DNA of 59,816 nucleotides, filler included, from Sphacelaria rigidula (GCA_964200075.2; 9 parts of 9 records of this genome joined end to end with filler, not necessarily neighbours in it), one strand, 5' to 3'. Shown: positions 1 to 13,559, counted from the whole stretch's first letter. Made by a program: numbers and translations. The notes: generated by a model not told the origin, from the sequence alone.

Positions 1-73
1 CCGTCTCGAGAGGGATGCGTGGTCAATGATCAAACGACTAAGGCAAGCAACAAATGAGTACGCCCCCCCCCCC
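1..73 (+). mobile_element. 3' end of non-LTR retroposon family A followed by a C11 tract
   Basis: GGGATGCGTGGTCAATGATCAAACGACTAAGGCAAGCAACAAATGAGTACG then C11. The same terminus recurs at five other places; the 5' part is cut by the contig start. Confidence 0.7.
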
Positions 74-2203
74 GGAAACCTCCAGCATTCAAAAAAGGGG
101 CATAGGGTCTCGGATTGCTTTTTGGACACTCTCGGATGGCATTCAAATCCCATTCGAAGTGGTGAGCGATTCGAAAGCCATTCATCTGTGATATGCAGCA
201 GCAGACTTTCCGTGAGGAGAGGAGGGTGCAAACAAGCCAAGGCTGGCAGCACGCGGTGATAAGAGCGCAAAATGATTCACGTCGGGACTCACAAGCACGC
301 ATGCAGTTGAATTGCAAGCCAGGATGTACTTTGTATTTTGTGGTCGCGGATTGCCGCTTGTTTGCTATATTTGATTCCAGATGTGCTATGGAACGACACA
401 GCTGGCATATATCCTAAATATCACTTCTTCGAGGTGTATTGACCACGAGTACTGTACTGTACTGTCTGTCTGTACCTGTACTGTCGTCAGGTGCAGACCC
501 CAACCCAACTGTCATTTTGTTGATAATCATGTAAGCATCGTTATAAACTCACCATACTGAAAATGGTATGAACATAGACGGTAACGGCAAACTTCTAATG
601 AACTTGAGTCCTCATCACCAGTTCCACTTCACCTCCAGTTTCAGTTTGACTGCCAATACAAACTAGTCCTGTTCACAGCCCTGATTATTCACCACCTGCC
701 TACTCTTCGGCGTCAATGGTACGCGAGACAGGCAGTACCACTCTTATGCAGAAAAAGACTACAAACCATTCCACGAATATGTGATGCAATGAAACGATCC
801 CCCCGATTATGAGTCCGCGAATCTGAGATTAGTGGCCATAGAAGATGATTTTACAACATATCACCCACCCGGTATACGTTGGGTGGGCGCGTTGATGTCG
901 GGTATGTGTTCCACAGAATTATAGTTTTCAAGTAGTATACTCTACCCCATCCTGAAAGACATGCCGTCCAACGAATCTCTCATTCATTGTAATTCAACGA
1001 GTAAATAATTTAATATTTTGTCGGCGACCAGAATATTTATACGAGAGCCATTTCGAATCAGTCTGAGGGAAAACGTTAGCGAGGATTTTGCGTCGTCCCT
1101 TGGGGATACCTCGGAGTAATGTTTTGAGGAAAATTGATCTGATTCATTAGTTACCTGACCCTTTGGCTGTCAGGTTACGTTGGTTGATGAATCGGCATCA
1201 CTTTTACTTGAAGCAATACCGAGATATTTCGGAATAGTATTTTGAGGACAAGTGATTCGATTCATTAGTCGCTGGCTAATGAATCGGCATCACATTTACT
1301 TGAAACAATGCCGTGGCCCAGAGCCAGCAAACAATCCACGAAGGTCGGGGGTATTTCATACTCAAAGTTCCGGTAGTTTTTCCTGTAAATTACTTTTGAG
1401 TATTATGGGAGCCTCAAGTTTGAGATGCCTCTGTTGTGTACGAGCTAGTCACCTCTCAGGGTATGCACTATTCTCTGACAGTCAGCTGCAAAAAGGGTGA
1501 ATGGCTGCCAGCTGGCCACGGAAAAACATTCCTCTGTGGCTCTCAGCCGTCCATGGGAAAATATTAATTTGTGGCTCTCCACCCTCTACAGACCACTCGC
1601 CCACCCCGCTCGCTCCACCGCATAACGAAGGAGCAAGGCGACCGTTTGCGTCAAAAACAGTCAAAAGCATTAGAAAATGGACACGATCTTTGAGTAAAGC
1701 TAGTCGGCCGAACTCTAGTGGCGAGTACTGAATGGTGGAGGTTCGACAAGCAGCGATATATATTTATCGTGTCATGATCGTAAAGTAATGCATGGAAATA
1801 TGTACTGGACACGTTTATGCTCCGGGAACAGAACATTCGATATATATTGTGCATGCCGGCCGTGTATGTAGTGGAGAGTCAAGACATATTGAGTTGAAGC
1901 GATGCATCTCATATTGGTGTCATAATATATATCGAACAAAAAAGAATGCAAAAGTATTGTCTTTTCAATATGTATCGCACACGCTCATCGCATAGCTACT
2001 GTGCAGCCAATGTATATTTGACACGCTCGCGGGAGACTCCATTGAGCGTTTTCGGCATCTGGTGATATATCTTTCAATAGCAGCACCCGCGAACATGAAA
2101 CTGCCCGATATACTAGTTCCTATACACTTTCCAATATACATATTGAATCACCAGGACATATTGTCACACCAATATGTATTGTGGCGGTCGGCTCCCTCGT
2201 GAA

Positions 2204-2496
2204 CACGGGTAGCCACTGGGGTCTGTAACCTGGCTATTTTGGGACATTATCCACCTTTGGCAAGGTCCGCGGATTGAGTAGACAACTGAAGAGCATTCGC
2301 ACAGCATGGACAGGATCGAAACAAAACATGTCCCAGTCTATAGGCGGATGACTCCCCTGTAGACTGAAACATGCTTTGTTTCGAACCTGTCCATACTGTG
2401 CGAATACTCTCCAGTTGTCCACCTAATCCGCGGACCTTACCAAATGTGGATAAGGTCCCAAAATGGACATGTTACAGACCCCAGTGGCCACCCGTG
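2204..2496. mobile_element. Fold-back MITE, near-complete ~290-bp palindrome, CMC-like termini
   Basis: CACGGGTAGCCACTGGGGTCTGTAAC ... GTTACAGACCCCAGTGGCCACCCGTG. The arms pair imperfectly almost to the centre and the element is flanked by AA on both sides. Confidence 0.75.
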
Positions 2497-3453
2497 AATT
2501 GTTCGCCCAATATATATTGGACGCATTGACGCACGACATATTGGGGCGGCAATATATATTGGCGCTTCGGGTGTTGGGTATATTGAATCGTCAATATATT
2601 TTGACCTCGTGTGGCAGCCAACGTATATGTTCATGTATCATTTCACATTTTTCACCACTTTCGCCGGGTTTTTTCTGGCAGCAAGGCATTAAATCCCGCA
2701 CTGTTTTTTGCAGCGCACGAAGAAGGCGCAGCGGTACATTACCGTTCAGGTTTGGGTGTCATCTGATACCTGTGGCGCATGTTCTAGCCACCGAAAGTCG
2801 ACCAAACTGGCTTTTTTTCGCGGAGTGTCGATCCCGAACCACCAAAGCCTTTGCAAGATCGTGGAAAGCCTCACACAGGAACGCGAACCAAAAAAGCCTG
2901 TTCCTGGCGAGGTATTTTCTCACACTGATTTTGATCGAGTTCTCGTTGATTTCGGAACACGAAGACAGCGGCTATGCAGCGAATGTCACGCGAACATGAG
3001 AGCTGTAGCCCAAAATGGTGCCAAGCCGTTGTGTTCAACGTGTAGGATACTGGATGATGACTATGTGTCAGGGTCTATTGTGGATGATGACCCTCACCGT
3101 ATAGCCTTTGATGTGCAGCCAGTGGGCTGCTGTTGCTTGCTTCGTGAATGGAAGTTCTGAGAGAAGTTCTTGTCGAGCGTGAGGCCAGTGGATTCCGGAG
3201 AAGTCCCTCACTGAATAGCCCTCTTGTCCAGATCGTCTGGCAGAGGCTGTAGAGCAGCAGCTAAAAACAGTTAAACATTGCCTTGGCCTTAGTCAGGAGC
3301 AAACACAAGTTGAGTGATCTGAGGTCCCTTATTATTTTGTTTTGCACACGTGGACAAATAGCACCCTGTGAGGCACGTCTACAGGGTTCAGGGACATTTT
3401 GCAGTGCTTCTCACGGGGATTTGGTTGTAGGGTGTATTTTTGCGCCACACTGT

Positions 3454-3712
3454 AGAGCAATGCTACGGTAGGGGTGCACGTTTTTCGCGAAATTTTGCCT
3501 GGTTTAGGGGCTCCTAACAATTGCAGATGCACAAGGATATGGGTCAGGGCATCCCCGTTTGCAGATTCATTCGGGATATCCCCAGCACTTTGGAATAGTA
3601 ATCCTGGCGTACTTCCAAATATTTTCATAAGTCGTGTTTTGGATGAGATCAAGGGCTCCTAATAATTTTAACCCCAGAAAATATTTGTGTATCCCTACCG
3701 TAGCATCACTCT
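3454..3712. mobile_element. ~260-bp MITE with ~20-bp imperfect TIRs
   Basis: AGAGCAATGCTACGGTAGGG ... CCCTACCGTAGCATCACTCT. The same end recurs at ~26478-26531, cut by the contig end. Confidence 0.65.
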
Positions 3713-3879
3713 GTAGGCTTCACAGGGATTCGTGACCCCGTGTACTGTTCATCGTTTTCAATATGCTGTAAACACCGGCCATCCAGCATCTTTACCACGC
3801 CTGCAGCGGAAGCGTCGCTTCGAAGCACAGGCGTGTAGACATACACCCGTAAGCAGTGTGTGGGATTCGTATACAGCGA

Positions 3880-4270
3880 AAGCTGTTGAGAGTTCTATGC
3901 TTTAGCCTCATTGATATATGAATCGGGGGCCAAGAGGATGGATTATTTTCAACAGTTTTTGCTGCATCTCGGACCCCATTCGCTGATTACGGTGCAGTAT
4001 GCGGGACTAGCACAGCTGAGTTTGTTCGCAATAAGTTGTTTTTCTGCCCAATTTCCGGATGTATTGGCGGACAAAATGAGGATATATTTCAAGCTTTTTC
4101 CCTTGTTCAAATTCCAAATCTGCCAGTGTGTGTGGGATTTGAACAGCAGAAGAAGCCATTCATTTTTTGTTTTTTTTGTCCAATCAAATCGGGCAAAAAA
4201 GAGATTTATTTCGAACAGCTTCTCTGAATAAATAGATTCCCAAATTTTGTGACAAAATTTGGAATTTTCA
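3880..4270. repeat. Dispersed repeat, probably a non-autonomous DNA transposon; inverted homologue at ~39220-39720
   Basis: Shares colinear blocks such as CGGTGCAGTATGCGGGA and TGTTCGCAATAA with the reverse complement of ~39220-39720. Confidence 0.6.
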
Positions 4271-5894
4271 AGTTGAGTGCCTCTCCAAGGGATTGCTTAC
4301 AGAGTGTCGAGAAAAACGCTACACAAAATGCTGGTAGAGGTACTAGGGTTTGAAAATGCCGTACATGGGGTTCTCACAAAGACTGCGAAGAACCCTGTGC
4401 AGCAGGTCCTACAGGATACTATCTGTCAACGTGTGTGACGTGAAGCCTCTAACACGAACATATCTGCGTAGTGTGGGTCCCAGCTATGCGAACCCAACAG
4501 TCCACAAAAGCATGTTAAAGATCATTGGAGAAAGTGTAGATTGGTATTAGAGGAAGGTGTCACAGTCACAGCTGCAGCAGGGGAAGTCGCTGATGGCCCG
4601 GTCTGCATTGATACGGTGGATACCCACGGTGCGTGGGATTTTATCAACACCCTGCTGTCTGATGGCGGCTATAGTGGTGTACAGTGACAGCTGATCACGC
4701 AGGCTGCGACGGATCCTGCCGGCCTCATCATCAATTTTCGCCCAGTTATGGATGAACGCTCGAAGAAACCCAGCAAACAAGCATATTTATGCGTTATATG
4801 TGTGAGGGTTGGGAGCTGAACATTTCTGCCTCAAAAATCTCGACAGTCGAAGGTTTAGCTCCTGTCGCGCGACCAATGGGTAGTGCCACGGACCCTTGCC
4901 GACCTACCCGGCACTGGGGGCGACATCCCGGTGCAGACAGTCCCATCACTACCGGGACGGCCGTGCAAAGAGGCCGGCAACCGGGATGGCCGTTGCACTG
5001 GTGTTCTAGCGTTATCAACTTAGAGTACGGCCGTACAGGCTTTGGACGTGAATATTCCGGTAATTGCATCCCTGCCACTTCAGCAATGTGCTGTGGATTA
5101 TTTCAAGATCTCACCGCCTAACATGTGTGTGGAAATGCATTACACCCTGGACAAAAACTTTCTACAATCAGTATACAATTTAAAAGAATATACTGCGCAC
5201 AGTATGGAAGCTATTGCCTACTGCGACGTGCGCAATACTTGTCGTGAGAACTGCGCGAGTGTCACTTTAAGACAGTGTAGAAATCTCAACGAGATATGGA
5301 TTGTTACTGCTGGCTTGCGCGCCATAGCGGCTGTGTTGCCATACAGCTCCACTCAAAATACAGGCAGGAATTAAAGCGGCAGAGGCGGCCTATTACTCCT
5401 GCGTTCTCCACCTAGGGCAAATGCAGGCTTAGCTGCAATACCAACTGCTGTACTAGATGTGGTGGAGCGTGGGGTGGTACACACAGACAGCAAGCAATAC
5501 CATACATATATACTGTATGCAAGTGTGATGTGAATTCTGTGCGCGCGGGATGGGGCCGACAAGTAGAGAACCCTGCACAAGTTCGCCATGTACTACCGGG
5601 ACGCGACCTTTTTTCAGTAGCACTCTCTTGCGATGTGTGCTGTGACAGATGTCGTGGGTGGTGGTGCTTTTTCCACCTCCACACACCCCCCGTAAAGCGA
5701 GCTCTTCATGCTGGAAGTGCCCACCCCTCTTTCCGTGATGATCTCTACTCTTGGTCTGAGACAATTGAAACTGCGGGATGTGGCAGTATCTACGGGAAGG
5801 TCCATATTCTTCCACACAAACGCCTCCATAATATGGAAAAAAAATAGCGTCACCCCCGGGAAGCCAGTACCAACCTCCCGAAGGGAAACCTGAT

Positions 5895-6060
5895 ATATTT
5901 TATTCTTATTATCATTATTATTGTTTCCGCACATGAGTCCGATCTCGCGAACCCGTGGTAGCAGACGTCGGCTCGTCTTTCCGATACCGTCCCTGCTATT
6001 CCTCACGAAACATATCACCAAAAATATAAGTAAGAAGAGGGATGTCATGAGGAACATACT
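5895..6060 (-). mobile_element. Retroposon 3' end with (TAA)n tail
   Basis: Minus strand ends GGGTTCGCGAGATCGGACTCATGTGCGGAAACAATAATAAT. A second copy with (TAA)n lies at 13163-13216. Confidence 0.55.
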
Positions 6061-6558
6061 AGCCTGATTGCCATGCCGCCTCAGACCCGTTGATGAGTCC
6101 GGCTTTATATTGCATTTATGGTATTCTAAGACTGCAGGTCTGTTCAGAGTTGGTCAGGTACGAGTGTGAACTTGTATATGGCAGAGATGGTGACGAATTG
6201 GGTGCGGTGTGCCTCTGCACAAATCAAGCCACGCCCACCGCACTGCCATCTACTCTCCTCTTCCAGCAAAGAAGTCGAACACCGGTGAGACTGATTGGAT
6301 TGAGAGACTGGATTGAGAGATCGGATATTGTATGGTTGAGACCAAGCAATCAAGACGTGATAGTATCCACCTGCACGTGATATTTTGGTACCTTTTGAAA
6401 ACATTTGTGTGAGGTGGTGTCTTGTTGCCTGGCTTGGCTGTTCAGTCTGCTGACTGGCCCCTTGCCTTGCCTAGTGAGCCTGTACTTGCAATACTTCCTC
6501 TGTCCCATAAGTAAAGCCCGTAATGTTTATACGAGCCCTTTACGGTGTCCGATTTGAT

Positions 6559-6658
6559 NNNNNNNNNNNNNNNNNNNNNNNNNNNNNNNNNNNNNNNNNN
6601 NNTTAATTAATTAANNNNNNNNNNNNNNNNNNNNNNNNNNNNNNNNNNNNNNNNNNNN
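6559..6658. other. Artificial contig linker
   Basis: N44-TTAATTAATTAA-N44, with stops in all six frames. Confidence 0.99.
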
Positions 6659-6681
6659 GGGTACACGGCGGGTGGGCGGGG

Positions 6682-6747
<66 letters not shown>

Positions 6748-6749
6748 AG

Positions 6750-7160
6750 CGTACTCATTTGCTGCTTGCCTTAGCCGTTTGACCGTTGACCTCGCATCTC
6801 TTTCGAGACGGAGCACCGTTACTACTCCTAGTAGAGACACGTCCAACATTTGGGCGCTCATGACGTTTCTTCCATACATCACACAAAACATTTTTACATA
6901 TATTACCCTCGTCCTGTTTCGCCGTCTGTGACCGCCATATATCTCCTGGTATGGCCATTGTTTTTTCTCCACTGTCTAATGCATCAAACGATTCCATGCC
7001 CCCTTCGTTCACGTCACGCATTTCCCCCTCTAGCACGTCCCGTTCCTCCTCGTATGGTTCACATTCTGCCCCTATATGAGTTCTGCTCTCTATTGCTTCA
7101 CCACAGGCGCAAGTGTGTGCATCTACTACCTGCTCCTCTCGACTACTCGTATATCTATTC
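6750..7160 (-). mobile_element. LINE ORF2 C-terminal fragment and 3' end (family A), abutting a 64-nt G run
   Basis: The minus frame encodes CACGEAIESRTHIGAEC, a CCHC zinc knuckle typical of LINE ORF2 C-termini. It ends ...AAATGAGTACG-CTT-C64 (G run at 6683-6746 on +). Confidence 0.75.
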
Positions 7161-7186
7161 TTTCGGCAGCGCCGGGGTGGGGGGGG

Positions 7187-7740
7187 TGTCCTCATGATCT
7201 TGCATGCCATAGTCATATGATCATTGACCTCACATCCTTTCAGAGCCGGGAAGGAGCACGCCAGGTTTTCACCGGACCAGGCTTGCAATCAATCACCAAG
7301 CGCGAAGCGCCGAGATGTGTTCGGCGACTCGTATGAAGAGTGAGCTGCTTCCTGCTAAGACTGTTTTGCCCGAAGCGCACTGAGTATCTTGCATTTGGAT
7401 CACAATCTCTAATGAATTGCTTCATTTTCTGGTATCGCCACTCCCAGAGACTGCCACGGCTTACACACTGACTCATGGGTGTCTCACCATTCAAGCACTG
7501 CGTAATATGATCATCCCCTTTATGCGGAATTGAGGTTCCCCCACTCCGCACAGCATGATCTAGCTCGACCACCATCATGGTTACCGCAAAAAAACGCAAG
7601 CGCACAAAAAAAAACGGTTCGCTGACTGCCTAGCTTACGCAATGAGTGGCGTGTCTTACAGCGTCACTGCAAGCCCACGCCAACGCCATATCGGGTCCGT
7701 CCCTACAAACCCGGGACAAGAGACGCCGAGTTTTCGCCGG
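7187..7740 (-). mobile_element. Non-LTR retroposon family B, G-rich flanks on both sides
   Basis: Homologous to 11103-11487, 55569-56060 and ~27770-27900. The 3' end GATCATGAGGACA abuts a C run, and a G run lies at 7745-7771. Confidence 0.65.
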
Positions 7741-7859
7741 ACCAGGAGGGAGGGGCGGGGGGGGGGGGGGGTCATAACTTCAGAATTTCACTACAGTAAG
7801 AAACTGCAAACCTAAAGAAATATATCAAAATCGACAATAAAATATCTACAAAAAAGAAG

Positions 7860-8080
7860 AATCGGCTTCACGGGCGAAGAGGGAATGAGGCCGTTGAACC
7901 TCTGTCGCGATAAAGAAAAAAAGAAGGCAAGCACCGCAGAAGCAAGTTTGAGCACTAAAACAAAAGAAAAAATAACAAAATCCTGTGTTGGCCTTCCTCC
8001 TGCGTGACCCCGGCTGATACGCCCACATATACCGAAAGGTGTAGACTGGCGTCCAGAATAGATAGGTGACAACACACACA
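7860..8080 (+). mobile_element. 5'-truncated tRNA-derived SINE
   Basis: Same body and GACAACACACAC tail as the full copy at 46754-47131. Confidence 0.75.
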
Positions 8081-8532
8081 TGGGACAAACGACTTTTGCT
8101 AATACCACAGAGACTCCAGCCAACCCTTTACCGTAAAAAGTAAATGCAAACTACAAGGAATAGCGCCGGTTGTTACGACTCCAACACGACATAGCCCAAC
8201 CACTATCAAAACGTACGCGAATATAGGACGAAACTGAACAATAAACCGTATAGTGACCAGTGATGGCATAGCATCAACCATCTTTCGATAACAAACTTCG
8301 GTTATTCAAATAATGCGACAAAGCATGACCAGCTACACAGGATAAATTGCTGTCAACAAAACTTAGGTCATGCCGCAAAGTCGTATAAAGGTACATGAAA
8401 CGTACCAGCTTTTGAACAGAAGAGTGCATATTTCAAGGATCGGTCCGGTAGCGTACACCCAATATCCTAAATACTCATGTTTTCACAAGCCATAGCGATC
8501 GTTTTTTACGGCCAACACCTGGGAATGCTTAC

Positions 8533-8613
8533 CGCATGATAGTTCGTCACGGCATCTCCCAGCGCGCGGAGGCTGCTGATATCATGGTCTCGGAATAGCA
8601 CTTGAAATAGCAC
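8533..8613 (-). CDS. Candidate isolated exon of an unknown gene (VLFQVLFRDHDISSLRALGDAVTNYHA)
   Basis: TTTGCAG acceptor, 81-nt open frame and a strong GCG|GTAAGC donor. No homology recognised. Confidence 0.3.
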
Positions 8614-11102
8614 CTGCAAACCAACCAGTCTGTCCAACGCGCAGCGACACCGGGACGCACGCGGCTTTCGCCCCTTCCTCACATATTTCCACCATCTGCA
8701 AAACATGGATTTTTGCCACTCCCCCATTGTTTCCAACAGCTTCCACAGCATACATTGCGTCTTCATTGCAAGCAAACACCGGCGTCGCCGTCGTTATCGG
8801 GGGACTCTTATTTGCTGCTCGTGCTGCATCTCCATGCCCGCACAAGCCGTGTGCGCGGCGTGCCCCACTCTGCATCATGCCATAAATGAAAGAAGGAAAA
8901 AAAACGCGATTACTTCTGCACTTCTGGTGCTACGGACGAAGACTGGTTGAAATCTACACACGACATCTCACGCATTCACGATATAGGGTACACGAGCGGA
9001 ATCTTTCTACAAGAACCAGCCGGTTCAAGGCCTTTACTACTCACCTGAGGTAATCGATCCGAGACCATAGCATGCGGGCATCGTTCTCGACCACAGCGGC
9101 GCGTATCATTTTTTTATATATATATCGACACGGAATACGTTATGCCTCCGTCGCGCCCCGTTGGGAGCAACAACACCTTCTGCCGAGTCCTGCGCCTCTT
9201 GGCGATCCGAGAACGGTGCAACGTCCCAGTTGGGCTTTTCTTCTGACTTATACCAGTCTTCCTGTATGTAGTTCGATATACATAAACGTAGGTTTCCAAG
9301 GATAGAGGGGGGGACAGACTCAGTCAATATTTCGCGCCGATTCAACGGACCCCAAACATCGTCCCGCCGCCTCTGGATCATGTGCATTTGACGATATGAG
9401 CGACTGCCCTACATACGCCATTCTTGCCATTGATGTTATCGATACTCTTATTATTTTGTCATTTCTCTAGTGTCACTTGTAGCAGTAGCAGTAGCAGTAG
9501 CAGTAAGAGTAGGTAGCAGTAGCAACAGCAGTAGTAGTAGCAGTATATTCCATTATCAATTAATTGGCCATATTCAAATAATCGATTGTAAGGTTAATTA
9601 ATTCACCAATAAATTGGTTGTTGTTTGTTCGTGGTTGATGCTTTGGACTTTGTTTCGATTATTTTCAACTTATTCACGGAATCATTGAAAGTTGGAGTGC
9701 CTAACCCAAACCCTAACCTTTATAATTTTTTGGGAAAAAAAAAATATATATATATATATATATACGTAACAGTAGTAAAATTGAAGTAAATTGTTAATCA
9801 ACAAGTAACTAGTAACTTGCGGCTTATAATTTGTTTTCGATTTATTTATTTTTCTAATTTTTTGGAAAGTGGAACACCACAGAGTGTCCTAGAGATTTTG
9901 GAGCACAATCATCACAAAACCTACCGTTTATTGCTCGGGCACGGCGGCATCCTCCCCTCCTCGTGTGCGTGGCAAGCCCAAGTCTGCAGACCTTCGTTGC
10001 CCCCTGAATACACCTTCATGCGACAAAAGCACAGCCACCGCGGGCACCCGCCATCTACTTCTTCGATGCAAGAGACCTGATGTAACACGCGGGAGTGACT
10101 TCTACTTTGTCGCATTGTACGACAAGTGTGGCAACAGCTGTGGGCGACCATCATCTCTCTATCGCCGCCCGTCACCGTCTGCACACTACCTCGCCGCCTC
10201 TCCGTGAGCCCCCCAGGCCCGTTGTTCCTCCAACATCCCAGACCGGGTCCCGTCAGCGGACCGGCCATAGGTGGAGAGGCGACCTCAGGTGCTTGCGACC
10301 TCGTCTCCGCCGCGTTCATCTTAGAAATCGGTCCACCCCTGAGAGGTTTCGTGAAAGCACGATACCTGGAGACAGCAGATGATGTCCACCCCCTGTCATG
10401 GGTTCTTGCGCTGAGAATTCTCGGCGGCTCTGTTCCAGAGGTCGTAATGACCTTGATCCGTTGATCCTCCGTGGTCCCGGATCGGATGTAGTCGGCGGAG
10501 CGGCCATCGGTCGCTAGCCGATATCACCTGCTTCTGGTTCCCGCTCCACCGCACTCTCCCCCACTGCCAGTCAGGGTGGCTCTGTCCCGGAGGTCGTAAC
10601 CATCCATGTTGAAAATAAAATAGTTACCACCCTTCCCCGTTTCTCCTCACCCGGGGATGAAATCGCTCTATCCTCTCTCCCGACACGATGGGCGTGTTAT
10701 CTGCCGTTTTCCCTCGTTACATAGGTACTCACAGACGAATAGCGATGCCCCCGAACACGCGGGGGGGCATCGTTAGAACGTATGCACCACATAATGTTTC
10801 CTTATGACCCACCTTCTTCCCCCTGTCTTTCCCTGGAGATGAGACAAACGCATCCTCTCACTGAACGATCTCAGCGAAAAGGGGGAGGTGTTATCCGACG
10901 TTTGAGGCGTTTGCGGTCGGACAACAACGACTCAGAACTCGTGACCGGTACCAAAAGAAAGCGTACAAACCAGTGATGATACACGGAATTCTAAACAGGG
11001 TTACAGACACCACGGCGGGGAATATTTTTGAAGGGAAGACAAGCCAGATATCGTATTTTTTGTTGTCTCCGGCGGCGGGGCCCCTTCATCAGCCAGGGGG
11101 GG

Positions 11103-11487
11103 TGTACTCATGATCATGCATGCCATAGTCATAAGACCATTGACCTCGCATCCCTACAAAGCCGGGACGGAGCACGCCGGGTTTTCGCCGGGTTTTGGCC
11201 GGACCAGGCTTGCACTCAAACCACCAAGCGCGAAGCGCCGTGGTGTCTTCGGCGAGTCGCATGAAGGGTGAGCTGCATCCTGCTAATATTTCTTCGGCCC
11301 GAAGCCTACTGATAATCTTGCATTTGGATGACAGCCAACAATGAGTTGCTTTGATTGATTGATTGATTGATTGTCGCCCTCTGAATAACCCCCCAGGGGT
11401 CCAGCCGTGGTCTCAATGCTTTATTATCTGGTATCGGCACTTCCAGAGACAGCCACGGCTTTTACACTGCTTCGTGGGTGTCTAACC
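11103..11487 (-). mobile_element. Retroposon family B copy with a nested (AATC)n-tailed LINE end
   Basis: Flanked by G7 (11096-11102) and G8 (11488-11495). The insert at ~11352-11416 has an apparent TGCTTT duplication and is absent from the 7187-7740 copy. Confidence 0.7.
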
Positions 11488-12527
11488 GGGGGGGAGGGAG
11501 CATTATCGCGGCTTCGCCGCTCGCCGTCGATACCTTTCCAGTTTATCGGTGTTGTCGATAAACGTCAATAAACTGGAGAAACATCGACTAACTGGCCGCT
11601 GGCGCGACCAGTTTGAACCTAAATGACCAAAGCCGCCAATTCACAGCCCTACCTTTTGTACTGTTGTATACCGTACCAGGGGGCTGAACGACCGGGATGT
11701 TGCTTTGTGTCGGTAGTGAGGGAAGTACCCGAAAAAAACCTTTTTCCATCCGTTTCTTTGACAGTATGTGCACTTGAGCTCTGCCTTCACCACCCACGGC
11801 CCGCCTGTGCGTCAGCAGCACAAAAGCAAGAACATTTCGCTGCCCTCGGATTTGGCGTTCGGACGCGGGTCTGAAAAGCGTCTGATTTGAAGACAATACG
11901 TGCTCGTATACGTATTGCTGACGGTTGCGGTACTGTGCTGTACCATATTAGTCAGCCAACGGTTCGACCGTGCGGGCGAATGCTTCGGACTTCATCAGTG
12001 CATCGCCGGCGAGGGTCTAACAGCGAACGCAGGGACGCCGCGGCAGGAAATTTACATATGTATTCCGTTGCACATTTCTCATACGCTGAACATCACCAGG
12101 GTGGTATCCCACGTTTAAAATTAAGTACAGCCTGGGTGGTGTTCCAAACGGTGGCTTTACGGTCGCGCAAGAAAACCTGATGCGTGTGCAAGGAATGTTG
12201 TGCGCGTGCAAGGCATTCCACGCTGAACAACATCAATACAGCACATGACCCCAAATCGTTACGAAAACACCCGGCATGCTGGAACGTGCATGGTTTCGAA
12301 CAAATAAGTTTATCATGTGCGGGTAGTAAGTGCGAGTGCGTCCTAGAAAGTGAGATACGCATATGTCCTCGACGCATCCGCTTAAAATGCTAGTATATCT
12401 GGAATAAGACATCAGCAATGCCCCGATCATGCGGCATAGTCAGCTACTTGACGTTTGACAGTGTTTCTCGTATCACCTGGGCAGAGCCCCACTGGCAAAT
12501 GCAGGGACCTTGCAGTGGTGCGGAGTA

Positions 12528-12899
12528 CTGTGCGTGTGTTGTCATCCGATCTACTCTGGACGCCAGTCTACACCTTTTTTCTGCATAATATGTGATCGCG
12601 CCAGACGGGATCACAGGAGGAAAGTCAACACAGGAATTTTTTTTAATTTTTTTTTTCCAACCTTCCTTCTGCGGTGCTTGCATTTACTTTTTATCTCGAG
12701 AGGGATCCAGCAATCCCCTTCCCTCGTCGACCGTTAAGTCGAAGTTTGTGTACCCACGACATACTGTAGTGGCTCCCCACTGTTGAGCATTGTGTGAGAA
12801 AAAAATCCCAAATCGCGCCCAGATTCGAACCCAAGACCCAAATGTCAGAAGGTTCAAGGTTTCGAGATCACCGACTGCTGAGCCACCGGGGTGACCGGT
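12528..12899 (-). mobile_element. tRNA-derived SINE, full length
   Basis: Minus strand CCCCGGTGGCTCAG (A box) and GGTTCGAATC (B box), shared body and (CA) tail. Confidence 0.8.
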
Positions 12900-13216
12900 C
12901 TCTCTGTTCAAGCGTAAAGAGCCGCAGTCCCCCACAGTACAGCAAGAACAGCTGCTGGATCGTTGGACTCTGACTCTCTTTTGGTTGCGAACCAACCGAG
13001 TGCCCTCGCAGTTCGGACATTTATTTCGCCAGCTATCTGGTTCTTCATAGATTTCCACGCAGACCCGAGTTTGCCATCCGAACGTCTGGTTGTTATCGAT
13101 TTTTTTCTTCTTCGCACTTCATCTCCACAGCTGCGCCTGTAGCTTGGTTAGATCCAGCGCACTTTTATTATTATTATTATTATTATTTCCGCACATTAGT
13201 CCGATCTCGCGAACCC

Positions 13217-13316
13217 NNNNNNNNNNNNNNNNNNNNNNNNNNNNNNNNNNNNNNNNNNNNTTAATTAATTAANNNNNNNNNNNNNNNNNNNNNNNNNNNN
13301 NNNNNNNNNNNNNNNN
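13217..13316. other. Artificial contig linker
   Basis: N44-TTAATTAATTAA-N44. Confidence 0.99.
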
Positions 13317-13559
13317 CACGACTCAAAATCACCAAATTTCCGATTTCTTCGGCCTGATTGCCGAGAATATAGAAAAAAGTTGATCGCTGGTCCAAGGAAT
13401 ATCCACGTAACTTTTGCGCCGTTCCACGTCTCTGGGCTGCGTGTACCTGGGTTGCAACGCTGAAAATAATGCCTAGGGATTGATTCGTCACGAGTCGACT
13501 CATCACACTAAAATCAAGTAATATACAGATGAATTATTATTTGTCCGACCCTTGAAAGT

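Noticed and set aside
2278..2340. Hammerhead-like CTGAAGAG...CGAAAC...GTC
   Set aside because: Stems I and II pair poorly and the opposite palindrome arm reads CTGGAGAG, so the core is not conserved.
2463..2999. 178-aa ORF and most other short ORFs in the track
   Set aside because: They cross repeat boundaries and show no domains or coherent coding composition.
6603..6614. Regularly spaced TTAATTAATTAA as a biological repeat or CRISPR-like array
   Set aside because: It is embedded in N runs at fixed spacing and is a six-frame-stop linker.
6607..6972. Polyproline ORF here and polyglycine ORFs at ~19919-20171
   Set aside because: They are translations of G/C homopolymers at contig ends running into Ns.
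11740..11805. Possible minus-strand exon (GPWVVKAELKCTYCQRNGWKK)
   Set aside because: The donor is weak and no homology was recognised, so it cannot be linked to the 8533-8613 candidate.
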